Shown here in pieces: positions 9,956 to 20,157 of a DNA stretch of 64,000 nt. This DNA comes from Candidatus Poseidoniaceae archaeon. Lineage in GTDB: Archaea > Thermoplasmatota > Poseidoniia > Poseidoniales > Poseidoniaceae. Each line of letters begins with the position of its first letter. Position 1 is the first letter of the stretch. The notes below the pieces were generated by a model. That model was not told where the DNA came from and did not search any database. It saw nothing but the letters and a program-made list of their open reading frames with translations. The position numbers were made by a program, and so were the translations under genes. The stretch covers positions 164,436-228,435 of the forward strand of contig CBFIJH010000001.1 in NCBI GenBank assembly GCA_965662895.1, written 5' to 3'.

Positions 9956-10740
9956 TGGTTGAACTCGTTCCTTCCCTCTTGCGACAAGAGCTTAACCGTC
10001 TCGCTGCCGATGGCCAGCGAATTGATGGACGTGGTCAATTCGATGGACGTGAAGTTCATCTTGAAGTCGATTGTTTGTACAATGCTGAAGGATCTGCAAA
10101 AGTTGTTTGGGGAGACACCATCATTTATGCTGGTGTCAAGTTCGAAATTCGAACTCCGTGGCCAGACCGACCCACACAAGGTTCACTCATGTGTGGTGCA
10201 GAACTTCGTCCTGTCGCTCACCGAAAGTACGAACCAGGCCCACCATCGCCACAATCCATCGAACTCGGTCGAGTTGTTGATCGTGGAATCCGTGAATCCG
10301 GATGCATCGACATGGAAGAACTGTGCATTGTACCTGGAGAGAAAGTCTGGGGTGTTATGATCGACATCCACGTTCTCTCCGATGGAGGCAACATCTTCGA
10401 TGCAGCGGGGCTCGCAGCCATTGCTGCTCTCCGAACAGCTGTTGTTCCTGCCGAGCGCTTTGATGTTGGTGAAGACCACGTCTTGAAGGTCAATGGAACA
10501 CCAATTATGGCATCGTTCAAACGTGCAGGAGGACGCTTTGTTTACGACCCCAGCGAAGATGAAGAACTTGGTGGAGACGAGCGAATTCATATCACATTGG
10601 GTGATGAAGGTCACCTCCACTCACTACAGAAGGGGCTAAAAGGAGTCTTCACTCCGGACGAATTTGCCGAGATTCTAGCGGTCGCCGAACAAAAGTGCAG
10701 TGAACTGAGAGAAATGGTGGCAGAAAAGGAGGGGAACTGA
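9955..10740 (+). CDS. rrp42: exosome subunit Rrp42
   Basis: RIDGR, EPGPP, ELGRVVDRGIRES and DGGN. Confidence 0.95.
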   Translation: MVELVPSLLRQELNRLAADGQRIDGRGQFDGREVHLEVDCLYNAEGSAKVVWGDTIIYAGVKFEIRTPWPDRPTQGSLMCGAELRPVAHRKYEPGPPSPQSIELGRVVDRGIRESGCIDMEELCIVPGEKVWGVMIDIHVLSDGGNIFDAAGLAAIAALRTAVVPAERFDVGEDHVLKVNGTPIMASFKRAGGRFVYDPSEDEELGGDERIHITLGDEGHLHSLQKGLKGVFTPDEFAEILAVAEQKCSELREMVAEKEGN

Positions 10741-11097
10741 TTGGCTAAGCGAACCCAGAAAGCAAAAGCAACAGCTCGATTTGGAGCACGATACGGTGTA
10801 AGCGTACGACGAAACGCCGGTAGTGCACTCGCAAAGAAGAATGCAAAGTACACCTGCCCTGTATGCCATTACCGTAAAGTTTCACGCCAGTCCGTTGGTA
10901 TCTGGTCCTGCGGTAAATGTGGGCACACCTTCGCAGGCGGAGCATGGGAACCATTCACACGTGCAAGTGATGCAAACTCTCGAATTCTTCGCCGATCCAT
11001 CGAAGGTGCAACAACCGCTGATATGGCATTCATTGCGCAACAAGCCGCACTTGATTTCGAGCGCAAGGCTGCTGAAGATACTTCTGAAGAAGAGTGA
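10741..11097 (+). CDS. rpl37ae: 50S ribosomal protein L37Ae (eL43) with C-terminal extension
   Basis: RFGARYG, CPVC..GIWSCGKC and FAGGAW; TTG start. Confidence 0.95.
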   Translation: MAKRTQKAKATARFGARYGVSVRRNAGSALAKKNAKYTCPVCHYRKVSRQSVGIWSCGKCGHTFAGGAWEPFTRASDANSRILRRSIEGATTADMAFIAQQAALDFERKAAEDTSEEE

Positions 11098-11369
11098 TGG
11101 CAATGGCGGAGACGCCTTTCACACTTGTCTGTACAATTGGACGAGCGAATGCTTTAGACATCCAAGCGATGCGTGATTCCCTCATATCAGAAACGACGAG
11201 TGAATTGATTGACGAAAACACATTTGCATTTCGATTGGATGAAGCAAATGCCAAAGATTTGCGGGCCATGTGGAACACACGAATACGCGGCCTGATCGCT
11301 GCGGATGAAATCTTACAGGCGATTGAATCCGCAGGTTCATCAACCAACGATGATTCGAGGGAAGCATGA
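11097..11369 (+). CDS. KEOPS subunit Pcc1-like
   Basis: DLRAMWNTRIR resembles the Pcc1 LRAxxN motif; conserved position between rpl37ae and pfdB. Confidence 0.6.
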   Translation: MAMAETPFTLVCTIGRANALDIQAMRDSLISETTSELIDENTFAFRLDEANAKDLRAMWNTRIRGLIAADEILQAIESAGSSTNDDSREA

Positions 11370-11680
11370 GCACCGTTGAACAACTCCAAGTCGTTGTCTC
11401 AGAAGTTCAAAACGCTCGACATCAAGTCGCGACCGTTCGAGCCCAACTTCAAGAACTTGAAACCACAATTACCGCTGTTGAGAAGCATCCAGAAGGTATG
11501 GCTCTGCATCGACAACTTGGTGGAGTATTGGTTGAAGTTGACAAGAAGGATGAGTTGATTGAGGAGTTGAAAAAAACACACGCTACACTCTCCGAACATG
11601 CGGAGCGACTTTCAGAACATGAAGCAAAATTGGTCGCTGCATACGAAGAACTCAAGAAATCGCTTGAGGGAGAAGCTTGA
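11366..11680 (+). CDS. pfdB: prefoldin beta subunit
   Basis: Coiled coil / HRQLGGVLVEV hairpin / coiled coil; superoperon context. Confidence 0.85.
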   Translation: MSTVEQLQVVVSEVQNARHQVATVRAQLQELETTITAVEKHPEGMALHRQLGGVLVEVDKKDELIEELKKTHATLSEHAERLSEHEAKLVAAYEELKKSLEGEA

Positions 11681-12669
11681 GCGACATTGCAAACGACATC
11701 GATTCGATGAAAGAGTGGCTCGATGCTGCCATTGAGCGTGGAGCAGTACCAGTTTTAACAGGTCAAAATGGTGACATGGATACGATCGGATCGGCTGTAG
11801 CTCTCGCATCGATACACCCCTCCCTTCTTGCCTGTGGGCTTCATTTGGGTCGAATTGCGAAACGCATGGTTGATGAACTCAAAGCACCCTTTCGAAAACT
11901 CTCGGAAATAGGAACCATTTTTCCTGAACAATTGGGCGGCATTATCATTGTTGATGCTGCTGCACCAGATCAAGTAGGAATTCACTTACCCGAGGTGCCA
12001 AAACTTATTCTTGACCATCATGCAACGAACGGTTGGGTTCTCAACGACGGCGATTGTATGCTGAACTGGGACGTTCGCGCTACAACAGAAATGGTTGCAA
12101 CCTACATGTTCAAACATGCTAAAGGCGCATTGAGCGAACCCGTAAGGAAGATGCTGCTCGCAGGGATGATTACAGATACGGGTCGTTATCGACATGCAAA
12201 CGCAAGTTCGTTCGAAATTACATCACAACTTCTTAGCGATTCAAACATTGATTATGCAGAGTTTTGCGAGGACATTGAACGTGAACAGACCTCTCCATCG
12301 GAACGTGGTAGCCTCCTGCGGGGATTGAGTAGGACAAAGCATCACGATGCGGGAGCGTGGAGTCTTGTGACAACATACGCTGGAACGCTCGAAGGGCGTC
12401 TCGCATCCTTACTCCTCGGGACCGGTTGTGATGTCTCCTTGGTTTCTCGTCATCGTGATGGTGAATCCAGATTGACGGCAAGGGCGACCAGAAAAGCAAC
12501 ATTGAGCGGGGTTCATTTGGGAAAAATCATGCAAGAAATTGCTCATCAACACGGAGGCGATGGTGGTGGGCATGATGGCGCTGCAGGTTGGTCGGGAAAG
12601 GTTGATCGCATCCGTGCAGAGTCAGCATTTATCGCTCAACTTATACTACAAGAAAAGGTGAAACAATGA
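11677..12669 (+). CDS. DHH/DHHA1 family phosphoesterase
   Basis: NGDMD, IIVD, LDHH, TDTGRY and GGGHDGAAG. Confidence 0.88.
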   Translation: MSDIANDIDSMKEWLDAAIERGAVPVLTGQNGDMDTIGSAVALASIHPSLLACGLHLGRIAKRMVDELKAPFRKLSEIGTIFPEQLGGIIIVDAAAPDQVGIHLPEVPKLILDHHATNGWVLNDGDCMLNWDVRATTEMVATYMFKHAKGALSEPVRKMLLAGMITDTGRYRHANASSFEITSQLLSDSNIDYAEFCEDIEREQTSPSERGSLLRGLSRTKHHDAGAWSLVTTYAGTLEGRLASLLLGTGCDVSLVSRHRDGESRLTARATRKATLSGVHLGKIMQEIAHQHGGDGGGHDGAAGWSGKVDRIRAESAFIAQLILQEKVKQ

Positions 12670-13715
12670 GACCGAAAGCACCAGGGCTGTACATTTCGAA
12701 GTGGAGAGAAGAGGGGCCGGTGTCCCTTGAATCAGCACGAAGGTGGAGAGATGAATTTGGTTGGAACGATTGGATGGCAATCATTGAAGCAGCCCTGTAT
12801 CTCGATGCTGCTGAATTGGTTGAATTGATTTTACCGGAACTCTCACCTGCACAACGAGCAACATTCGATTTAGTGCGGCGACGAATGTTAGGTGATCAAC
12901 GTCTCGAGGAAGCCATCGATAAAGCACTCGAAATCTGTCGAACGCCAGAAACTCGAGACCTCGCACTTGAAGGTCGACTTCGAATGGAGCGGGGGCTTCA
13001 ACGGTTTGAAAAAGGAGATTCTGAAGGAGCTGAAGAAGATTTCACATGGGCAGAAACGCGATTAAAATCAGTAGCGAAAGCGAGTCGTGACCACGACCTT
13101 TCACTCCTCAACAAAGCTGCTTTTCACATGGCCTCTGGAGAAGATCTGATGGCGCTTCAAGTCTATGGCGACATTTCTCGACAAGAAAAGCACGCGCATG
13201 AAACCATCGCCATTTCTCGTATCGGAGCATCGAGAATTCATGCTCGATATGGACGGATGTTCGATGCGGCTCGAAATGCTTGGAATGGGCACGCACACGC
13301 CATTCTTGCTGGTCAAATTGCGATGGCGATTGAAGCAGGATCCCTATTTTTGGATTTGTCAATCGATGCACAAGATGCATCTGCCACACGTTTTCAACAA
13401 CAAGTCGATGAATCGAAGCCACGAGATGTGGGAGAAAAAGCACCTGAATTGAACGTCCACCCAGATGATGTTTCAGGTGTCTTTGAGTGGTGTGTCAAGC
13501 ATTTGGAGAAACAGCCAACTGGTCACGATCGACCCGATTTACGAGCCATGATCATGATGGCTCATCGTCTCGACAGACTCGATGAGTTCAGTTGGCTCAT
13601 CGATCAACCTGAAGCCGTTGAAGATTCGATGTTGGTTGCCGTAGTCCTCGGTTGCTCAATCGATGAAGAACAAAATCTTGCTTGGACTGAGCGCATGCAA
13701 TCATTGATGCCCTAG
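12666..13715 (+). CDS. hypothetical helical (TPR-like) protein
   Basis: 349-aa ORF overlapping the DHH stop codon; helical repeat character. Confidence 0.65.
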   Translation: MRPKAPGLYISKWREEGPVSLESARRWRDEFGWNDWMAIIEAALYLDAAELVELILPELSPAQRATFDLVRRRMLGDQRLEEAIDKALEICRTPETRDLALEGRLRMERGLQRFEKGDSEGAEEDFTWAETRLKSVAKASRDHDLSLLNKAAFHMASGEDLMALQVYGDISRQEKHAHETIAISRIGASRIHARYGRMFDAARNAWNGHAHAILAGQIAMAIEAGSLFLDLSIDAQDASATRFQQQVDESKPRDVGEKAPELNVHPDDVSGVFEWCVKHLEKQPTGHDRPDLRAMIMMAHRLDRLDEFSWLIDQPEAVEDSMLVAVVLGCSIDEEQNLAWTERMQSLMP

Positions 13716-14144
13716 TTCTATAGAATCGGCCCATTCGCTCAAATCATGGACCTCTTTGATGTCCCAATGCGTAAATTCTGGCAATTCTGTAAACCACTTG
13801 ACAGTTCGGACGTGCTGGTCGTCAACGTTCCATGATGTTTTTGAAAACGGATGACGTTGATCATCCACGATGATGAGCCCGACCCATCCATCTGGGTAAT
13901 ACGTGGTATTCCAGGCAACCAATTGACCAGAACCACCTACTTCTTCAGTAAGTTCCCGTTGAAGTGCCTGTTCAGGCGTCTCATTTTTTTCGATGTGACC
14001 ACCGGGAAATTCCCAACCTCGTTCGGGGTGGTTGACCAATAAGATTTGACCTGAATTCTGAATTGATCGAGCATTGCTTTGCGGCACGACGTACGCTAAA
14101 ACAAAGGATGGAGGCATACGATCACCTACATCCTTTCCCGACAC
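13701..14144 (-). CDS. NUDIX hydrolase
   Basis: GGHIEKNETPEQALQRELTEEVG Nudix box. Confidence 0.9.
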   Translation of the reverse strand: MSGKDVGDRMPPSFVLAYVVPQSNARSIQNSGQILLVNHPERGWEFPGGHIEKNETPEQALQRELTEEVGGSGQLVAWNTTYYPDGWVGLIIVDDQRHPFSKTSWNVDDQHVRTVKWFTELPEFTHWDIKEVHDLSEWADSIELGHQ

Positions 14145-15160
14145 TGGTCAAGATATGTAACAGCCCAGTCTTCGCCTGAAGCGACAAGACGTCGGGCTAA
14201 GAAAAATGCCTCCGATACGTTATCTGATTCAAGAAGCATAAGCAATCGCCTCTCATCTTTGTCAAGTTCTTGAGGTTCCTCCACTTCTTCTTGATTTATT
14301 CGAGCGTCGGTAGAATCAACCCGCACACGCTCGTTCAGTTGTTCCATTTGTTCAAGGAATGCCGTTCTATGTTCCAGTTTAGGACCGCTCCATGGAGTTT
14401 GTTCTTCACCTTCCATTCGTTCAGTTAATCGATTCAAAAATTCATCTCGCACACGCAAATGGGGCATCAGCGTTTGGACATGGTCGTAACATGACCAAGC
14501 TGAATCGATCTCTTGTCGGCGCTCATGAAGTCGCCCCAATTGCATCCAAAGTTCATGATTGGAGGGGCGATGCGCGAGAAGATGTCGGCTCAATTCGATG
14601 AATAAATCTTCAAAACCTTGCAATCGCAGGATTTCGATACGGCGAGCATAAACGATATTTGCCCGTTGATCCCTGAAATCCAAATCTCTGCATCGATCGG
14701 CAAACTCTGCAATTTCGATGAGAACTGCATCACTTTCCTCATCCCCGCCTCCGCGTTCAATCAAAGCGTCCCACCATGCCTCAGGAGTAAGAGGATCACG
14801 AACGAATGCAGCCTCAAGCAGTTCCAGACCAAATTCAAGATAATTGAGATTTTTTAGTTTCTCGAATTGTTCTGTATCCCTGCCAAGAACCGTGAAAACA
14901 TCCTCTAAGACAATGCCAAGTCCATCATTGTCCTTGAGTTGAAGTTTGATATCCGCAAGACATCGCCAGTTCCTCTCGTCCGTAAAGTCATGCAACAGAG
15001 CCTGACGCGCATTCTGCTCTGCCCATTGCATGTTGGCCGCTTTTCGTTCGGGGTCGATTTTTGCAAGGCGAACGAATTTTTGCGCCTGTGAGCGATATCG
15101 ATTGCCTAAATTCCTTCGAGGATGTTGCAAATCATCGTGAGAAGATTGACGCATGACCAT
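14126..15160 (-). CDS. hypothetical TPR-containing protein
   Basis: PSNHELWMQLGRLHE..AWSCYD TPR-like repeat. Confidence 0.7.
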   Translation of the reverse strand: MVMRQSSHDDLQHPRRNLGNRYRSQAQKFVRLAKIDPERKAANMQWAEQNARQALLHDFTDERNWRCLADIKLQLKDNDGLGIVLEDVFTVLGRDTEQFEKLKNLNYLEFGLELLEAAFVRDPLTPEAWWDALIERGGGDEESDAVLIEIAEFADRCRDLDFRDQRANIVYARRIEILRLQGFEDLFIELSRHLLAHRPSNHELWMQLGRLHERRQEIDSAWSCYDHVQTLMPHLRVRDEFLNRLTERMEGEEQTPWSGPKLEHRTAFLEQMEQLNERVRVDSTDARINQEEVEEPQELDKDERRLLMLLESDNVSEAFFLARRLVASGEDWAVTYLDQCRERM

Positions 15161-15162
15161 CC

Positions 15163-16434
15163 CTACTGGACGCTCATGTACCCATCTGGGTTATCTGAAT
15201 GATGGATGGTTGCATCAAATCCGACTTTCGACGTTTGCCCGTCTTGATACCGTGACGGATCAAGGCTCGAACCTTTTTGATTTTCAAAGATGTGCGTGTC
15301 CCGATCAGGTTGCCAACGAGTTACCATCGCCCATTCTACTCGCACAGGATTCGTTATGTCGATGTCTTCATCAACAATTGTAACCATTTTCATCGAGCGA
15401 TGACCTGCTAAAGCTGCCTCGATGGCTTTTCGACCATCGTCTTCGGAAGTTTTCCGAATTTTTACGACTGCAGCAAGCCATCCACAACCTCCTTCTGTCA
15501 TATGGACATCAATGCAATCGACAACTTTGGCAACTGCCTCTTTGATGGTTGGAGAACGAGGCAAGCCCATGAGCGTCTTGTGTTCTGCCTCACCGGGAAT
15601 GAGCGCATGGAAAATTGGATTGTTACGATGGAGAACGCCATCAACTTCGATAACAGGTTCTTGACGAACATCATCAACCGTTCCTGTAATATCGACATAT
15701 GGACCTTCATCATCATCTTCCAGCGTGATGTGGCCCCACATAGCGTACTCAGCATCCGCAGGTACCTCAATTCCATTTGGTAGTTGAACCAATTGAAGTG
15801 GTTTATCGTACAATTTTTCATGAAGCGCCGCCGCTATTGTCAATTCATCGATTGGTTCATCAAAGGACATCGCACCTGCAAGGAGTACAACAGGATCTGG
15901 AGCATTGACGATAGCGATTCGAACCTCTTCTCCACGTTCCCTCGCCTCGTCGACCATCGTTCGTAAGTGCCGGGGTACGAGACGAACGACCAGGTGATTC
16001 TTGTCACGCAAGAACTGCCGATGAAAACTCATGTTCCGGCGACCGTTCACCTCAGCGATGATAACACTCGCTGACATGTATCGGCCCCGATCTTGTGGCC
16101 AGTGGTGCGGGATGGGTAAGTTTCGCAAGTCGACGTTTTCCTGCATTTGATCATAAACAGGAGCTTCTGAGGCAGAAATAACTTCAGGAGTCGATGGATT
16201 TTTCATCGCCCAGGCAAGAGTGTCAATGTAGACCTCAGGTTGAATGCCAATGGCCTCGCAAAGCCTATCCCGTGTTAGCATGTTGACGGATATGCGCTGA
16301 CCGGGAACCTCCTCGATGTTTTCGAACAACAGGTTTGGATGGCCTTGTTTTGTGCTTTGCTCCCAAATTCCGTGGACGAGACTAACTTGCTCATCGATTC
16401 GATGAGCATGTGACAGGTGATCTCGGAATGCCAA
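15163..16434 (-). CDS. UbiD-family prFMN decarboxylase, probably anhydromevalonate-phosphate decarboxylase
   Basis: DRGRYM, NMSFHR, EGPYVDITG, VDEDID and SSLDPS. Confidence 0.85.
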   Translation of the reverse strand: MAFRDHLSHAHRIDEQVSLVHGIWEQSTKQGHPNLLFENIEEVPGQRISVNMLTRDRLCEAIGIQPEVYIDTLAWAMKNPSTPEVISASEAPVYDQMQENVDLRNLPIPHHWPQDRGRYMSASVIIAEVNGRRNMSFHRQFLRDKNHLVVRLVPRHLRTMVDEARERGEEVRIAIVNAPDPVVLLAGAMSFDEPIDELTIAAALHEKLYDKPLQLVQLPNGIEVPADAEYAMWGHITLEDDDEGPYVDITGTVDDVRQEPVIEVDGVLHRNNPIFHALIPGEAEHKTLMGLPRSPTIKEAVAKVVDCIDVHMTEGGCGWLAAVVKIRKTSEDDGRKAIEAALAGHRSMKMVTIVDEDIDITNPVRVEWAMVTRWQPDRDTHIFENQKGSSLDPSRYQDGQTSKVGFDATIHHSDNPDGYMSVQ

Positions 16435-16446
16435 CGTATCACGCCC

Positions 16447-16677
16447 TCAGAACTTGGTCTGAGTGTCTTCAAGATACCTTGGCCGTTCTTCTTCCTCCGG
16501 TTCGGATGTTGCAGACATCATGTTCAATCCGGAAAACAATCCTATAATGCCCACAGCGTGAGATGTAAGGATGTCGACGTTGGTGTCAACAAGCTCAATC
16601 CAATAATTGACAATGACCAAAAGGCCGAGAAGGATGGTTAGCAACGCCACGATTGGTCGCATGCCTTGCGGAATCAT
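16447..16677 (-). CDS. small 2-TM hypothetical protein
   Basis: 76-aa ORF with two hydrophobic helices. Confidence 0.65.
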   Translation of the reverse strand: MIPQGMRPIVALLTILLGLLVIVNYWIELVDTNVDILTSHAVGIIGLFSGLNMMSATSEPEEEERPRYLEDTQTKF

Positions 16678-16804
16678 GAATGAACTAACAGGAACTTGTT
16701 TATGATGTTATTCTTCCAATCAGGCGGTGCAATCATCACGCCGATGAAACGGCGACTTGATATATGAAAGCAAAGTCGGGAGAACGCTCGAATGAGGTTT
16801 TAAC

Positions 16805-17233
16805 ATGGGTAGAGGACTCTTTGCAGGTGCAAAAATGGCCAAGGACCGACAAAAGTTTCGTTGGTCCGACCGACGTTACAAGAAGCGCATGCTCAAATCT
16901 CGCGCCAAGCACGACCCGCTTGCCGGATCCACGCAAGCCAAGGGTATCGTTGTAGAAAAAGTTGGTATTGAAGCCAAACAACCAAATTCAGGAATCCGCA
17001 AAGCAGTCAAGATTTCGCTCATCAAAAACGGAAATAAATTGACGGCGTTCGCACCTGGAGACGGTGCAATCAACTTTATCGACGAGCACGACGAAGTCAT
17101 GGTCGAAGGTATCGGTGGACGCATGGGTCGTTCATACGGAGATATTCCCGGCGTTCGATACAAGGTCATCCAAGTCAACGGCGTATCTCTCGACGAAATG
17201 GTTCGAGGTCGAAAGGAGAAGCCAGTCCGCTGA
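16805..17233 (+). CDS. rps12: 30S ribosomal protein S12 (uS12)
   Basis: [11 protein letters not shown] and [10 protein letters not shown]. Confidence 0.98.
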   Translation: MGRGLFAGAKMAKDRQKFRWSDRRYKKRMLKSRAKHDPLAGSTQAKGIVVEKVGIEAKQPNSGIRKAVKISLIKNGNKLTAFAPGDGAINFIDEHDEVMVEGIGGRMGRSYGDIPGVRYKVIQVNGVSLDEMVRGRKEKPVR

Positions 17234-17243
17234 GGTGTTTACG

Positions 17244-17858
17244 ATGTCAGAAGAACAAGAAGAAGTCGTCGTCGACAACCGCCCAATTGCCGGTATCGGA
17301 ACACTTGTTTTCGGCAAGTGGGATGCCGCTGAAGTCGTGTGCAACGACCCGGGTCTTGCACCTTACGTCAATCTCACAACCGTCGGTGTGCCTCACACTG
17401 GCGGCCGACATGCCAACATGTGGTTCGGAAAATCCAAGCTCAGCGTCGTCGAGCGTTACATCAACAAGTTGATGCGAACCGGTGCTTACACAGGAAAGAA
17501 GCAATCCGCAATGAAAGCGTTCGAAAACGCACTCGATGTTCTTGCTGAGCGCCGTAAGATGAACCCTCTACAGGTCTTTGTGGACGCGATTTGCAATGCT
17601 GCTCCAATGGAAGAGATTACCAGGATCAAATTCGGTGCTGTTTCACAACCAAAGGCAGTCGATTCATCACCCTCGCGACGTCTCGATGTTGCACTAAAGC
17701 ACCTCGCCAAAGGTGCTCAGCAAGGCACACACAAGTCCAAACGAACACTGCAACAGTGCATCGTGAACGAACTCAACAAGGCTTCTGAAGGAGATGCGAC
17801 ATCGTTCGCTGTCGCCAAGAAAGAAGAGGTTGAGCGCATCGCAGCATCCGCTCGATGA
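17244..17858 (+). CDS. rps7: 30S ribosomal protein S7 (uS7)
   Basis: PHTGGRH, AVDSSPSRRLD and KKEEVERIAASAR; GAGGTG SD. Confidence 0.97.
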   Translation: MSEEQEEVVVDNRPIAGIGTLVFGKWDAAEVVCNDPGLAPYVNLTTVGVPHTGGRHANMWFGKSKLSVVERYINKLMRTGAYTGKKQSAMKAFENALDVLAERRKMNPLQVFVDAICNAAPMEEITRIKFGAVSQPKAVDSSPSRRLDVALKHLAKGAQQGTHKSKRTLQQCIVNELNKASEGDATSFAVAKKEEVERIAASAR

Positions 17859-17949
17859 AAGCGCTTACGGCGTCGAATTTCGTCAATCTTTTGCGACTTG
17901 CTTAAGAACCCCATTCAAGTGGGCAAATTGAACCAGACAGGTGGATACC

Positions 17950-20157
17950 ATGGGACGTAAAGAAGACAACATCAAAAAGGCTACAGAAGTCATGCACATT
18001 CTTCCACAGATTCGAAATCTGTGCATCGCTGCGCACATTGATCACGGAAAAACAACACTTTCAGACAACTTGATCGCTGGAGCCGGAATGATGTCCAGCG
18101 ATTTGGCTGGTGCTGCACGAGTTTTGGATTTTGACGAGCAAGAATCCGCACGTGGTATTACCATCAACGCTGCATCTGCATCAATGGTCCACGCTGTTGA
18201 TGAAACCGACTATCTGATCAACCTCATCGACACACCCGGTCACGTTGACTTCGGTGGTGACGTAACACGTGCTATGCGTGCGGTCGATGGTTGTTTCATC
18301 CTTGCATGTGCTGTTGAGGGTCCAATGCCGCAGACTGAAACTGTTGTTCGTCAAGCATTGAAAGAGAAGGTAAAGCCTGTTCTCTTCATCAACAAAGTCG
18401 ACCGATTGATCAACGAATTGCAAGTTACACCTGAGGACATGATGAGTCGATTCCAAGAGACCATCACCAAGGTCAACAAACTCATCAAGCAATTCGCTCC
18501 TGAAGAATTCAAGAAGGAATGGCAAGTCAGTGTTATCGACGGTACAGTAGCATTTGGTAGCGCATACCACAATTGGGGAATTACCATCCCATACATGAAG
18601 AAGTCCGGAGTAAGCATGACGGATATCTTCCAATACTGCAACGATGAGAAGCAAAAGGAACTAGCGCAAGCTGCTCCTGTTCACGAAGTTCTTCTCGACA
18701 TGGCGGTAACAAAACTACCGAGCCCAGTCGATGCTCAGCCATATCGTATTCCGAACATTTGGACTGGCGACCTCGACTCTGCAATTGGAAAATCCATGAT
18801 GGCTTGTGACCCAGAAGCAGAACTTGCTATGATGATTACAAAAATTTGGATGGACCCTCACGCTGGAGAAGTTGCAGTCGGCCGTATCTATTCCGGCGCT
18901 ATTTCGCAAGGTGAATCGGTTTTCGCTATCGGTGCTGCAAAACCTGAACGTGTTCAGCAAGTTAGCATGATGGTTGGTGGTGACCGAATCACTGTACCGA
19001 AAGTCGTTGCAGGAAACATCGCTGCAATTACAGGTATCCGAAGTGCTGCTGCTGGTGTTACTCTATCACGAGACAAGGACTTCACACCGTTTGAAGCAAT
19101 ACGCCATTACTCTGATCCGGTCGTTACGGTCGCCGTTGAGCCAAAGAGCATGAAAGATCTTCCAAAGTTCATCGATGCACTTCGCTCACTCGCTAAGGCG
19201 GACGCATCCTTGCAAGTTACAACCAACCAAGAAACTGGTGAAGCGTTGTTGGCTGGAATGGGAGAACTTCACCTTGAGATTACTGTTTACCGAATTGAGG
19301 AAGAGCAAAACATCAAGGTCAGTGTCAGCCCACCGATCGTCGTTTATCGTGAAGGTATTCAAGGTAGTAACCGTGGACATGCTTTCGAAGGAAAGTCTCC
19401 GAACCGACACAACCGTTTCTTCTTTGAGATTGAGGCACTATCGGACGAAGTTGTCGGCGCTCTGCGCAATGGTGACCTCGGTGACGGTCCAGTGCGAAGC
19501 AGTGATGCAAAGGAAACCGGTAACAAGTTCGGTGAACTCGGAATGGACAAGGATTTGATGCGAAAGATCTATGCCATCAACGGAACCAATGTATTGGTCA
19601 ACGATACAAAGGGTATCCAAGGACTTCACGAGACTCGTGAGTTGATTATTGAAGCATTTAACGAAGTTTGCAAGAAAGGACCCATCGCCGATGAGCCTGT
19701 CCAAGGTATGTTTGTGCGACTCACAGATGCGAAACTCCACGAGGACGCGATTCACCGTGGACCTGCTCAAACTATCCCTGCAGTTCGAAACGGAATCAAG
19801 GGTGCAATGATGCGAGCCAAGACTGTAATTCTTGAGCCGATGCAGAAGGCATTCGTATCCGTACCAAACGACTGGCTCGGTCAAGTTACGCGTGAGGTCA
19901 CCAACCGACGTGGAATCATCGAAGACATGCCGAGTGAAGGCGATGTCACAACAGTCGTTGGTGTTCTACCAATCGCTGAAACCTTCGGTTTCTCAAACGA
20001 CATTCGTGCAGCATCGCAAGGACGTGCAGTTTGGAACACAGAAAACCTCGGATTTGAAATGCTTCCACCACAGTTGTTCGACAAGGTTGTTGGAGAAATT
20101 CGAACCCGAAAGGGATTGAAACCCGATCCAAACCCCGAATCCTATTATGCAGATTGA
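17950..20157 (+). CDS. fusA: translation elongation factor EF-2
   Basis: AHIDHGKTT, RGITI, DTPGHVDF, NKVD and intact diphthamide motif HEDAIHRGPAQ. Confidence 0.99.
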   Translation: MGRKEDNIKKATEVMHILPQIRNLCIAAHIDHGKTTLSDNLIAGAGMMSSDLAGAARVLDFDEQESARGITINAASASMVHAVDETDYLINLIDTPGHVDFGGDVTRAMRAVDGCFILACAVEGPMPQTETVVRQALKEKVKPVLFINKVDRLINELQVTPEDMMSRFQETITKVNKLIKQFAPEEFKKEWQVSVIDGTVAFGSAYHNWGITIPYMKKSGVSMTDIFQYCNDEKQKELAQAAPVHEVLLDMAVTKLPSPVDAQPYRIPNIWTGDLDSAIGKSMMACDPEAELAMMITKIWMDPHAGEVAVGRIYSGAISQGESVFAIGAAKPERVQQVSMMVGGDRITVPKVVAGNIAAITGIRSAAAGVTLSRDKDFTPFEAIRHYSDPVVTVAVEPKSMKDLPKFIDALRSLAKADASLQVTTNQETGEALLAGMGELHLEITVYRIEEEQNIKVSVSPPIVVYREGIQGSNRGHAFEGKSPNRHNRFFFEIEALSDEVVGALRNGDLGDGPVRSSDAKETGNKFGELGMDKDLMRKIYAINGTNVLVNDTKGIQGLHETRELIIEAFNEVCKKGPIADEPVQGMFVRLTDAKLHEDAIHRGPAQTIPAVRNGIKGAMMRAKTVILEPMQKAFVSVPNDWLGQVTREVTNRRGIIEDMPSEGDVTTVVGVLPIAETFGFSNDIRAASQGRAVWNTENLGFEMLPPQLFDKVVGEIRTRKGLKPDPNPESYYAD

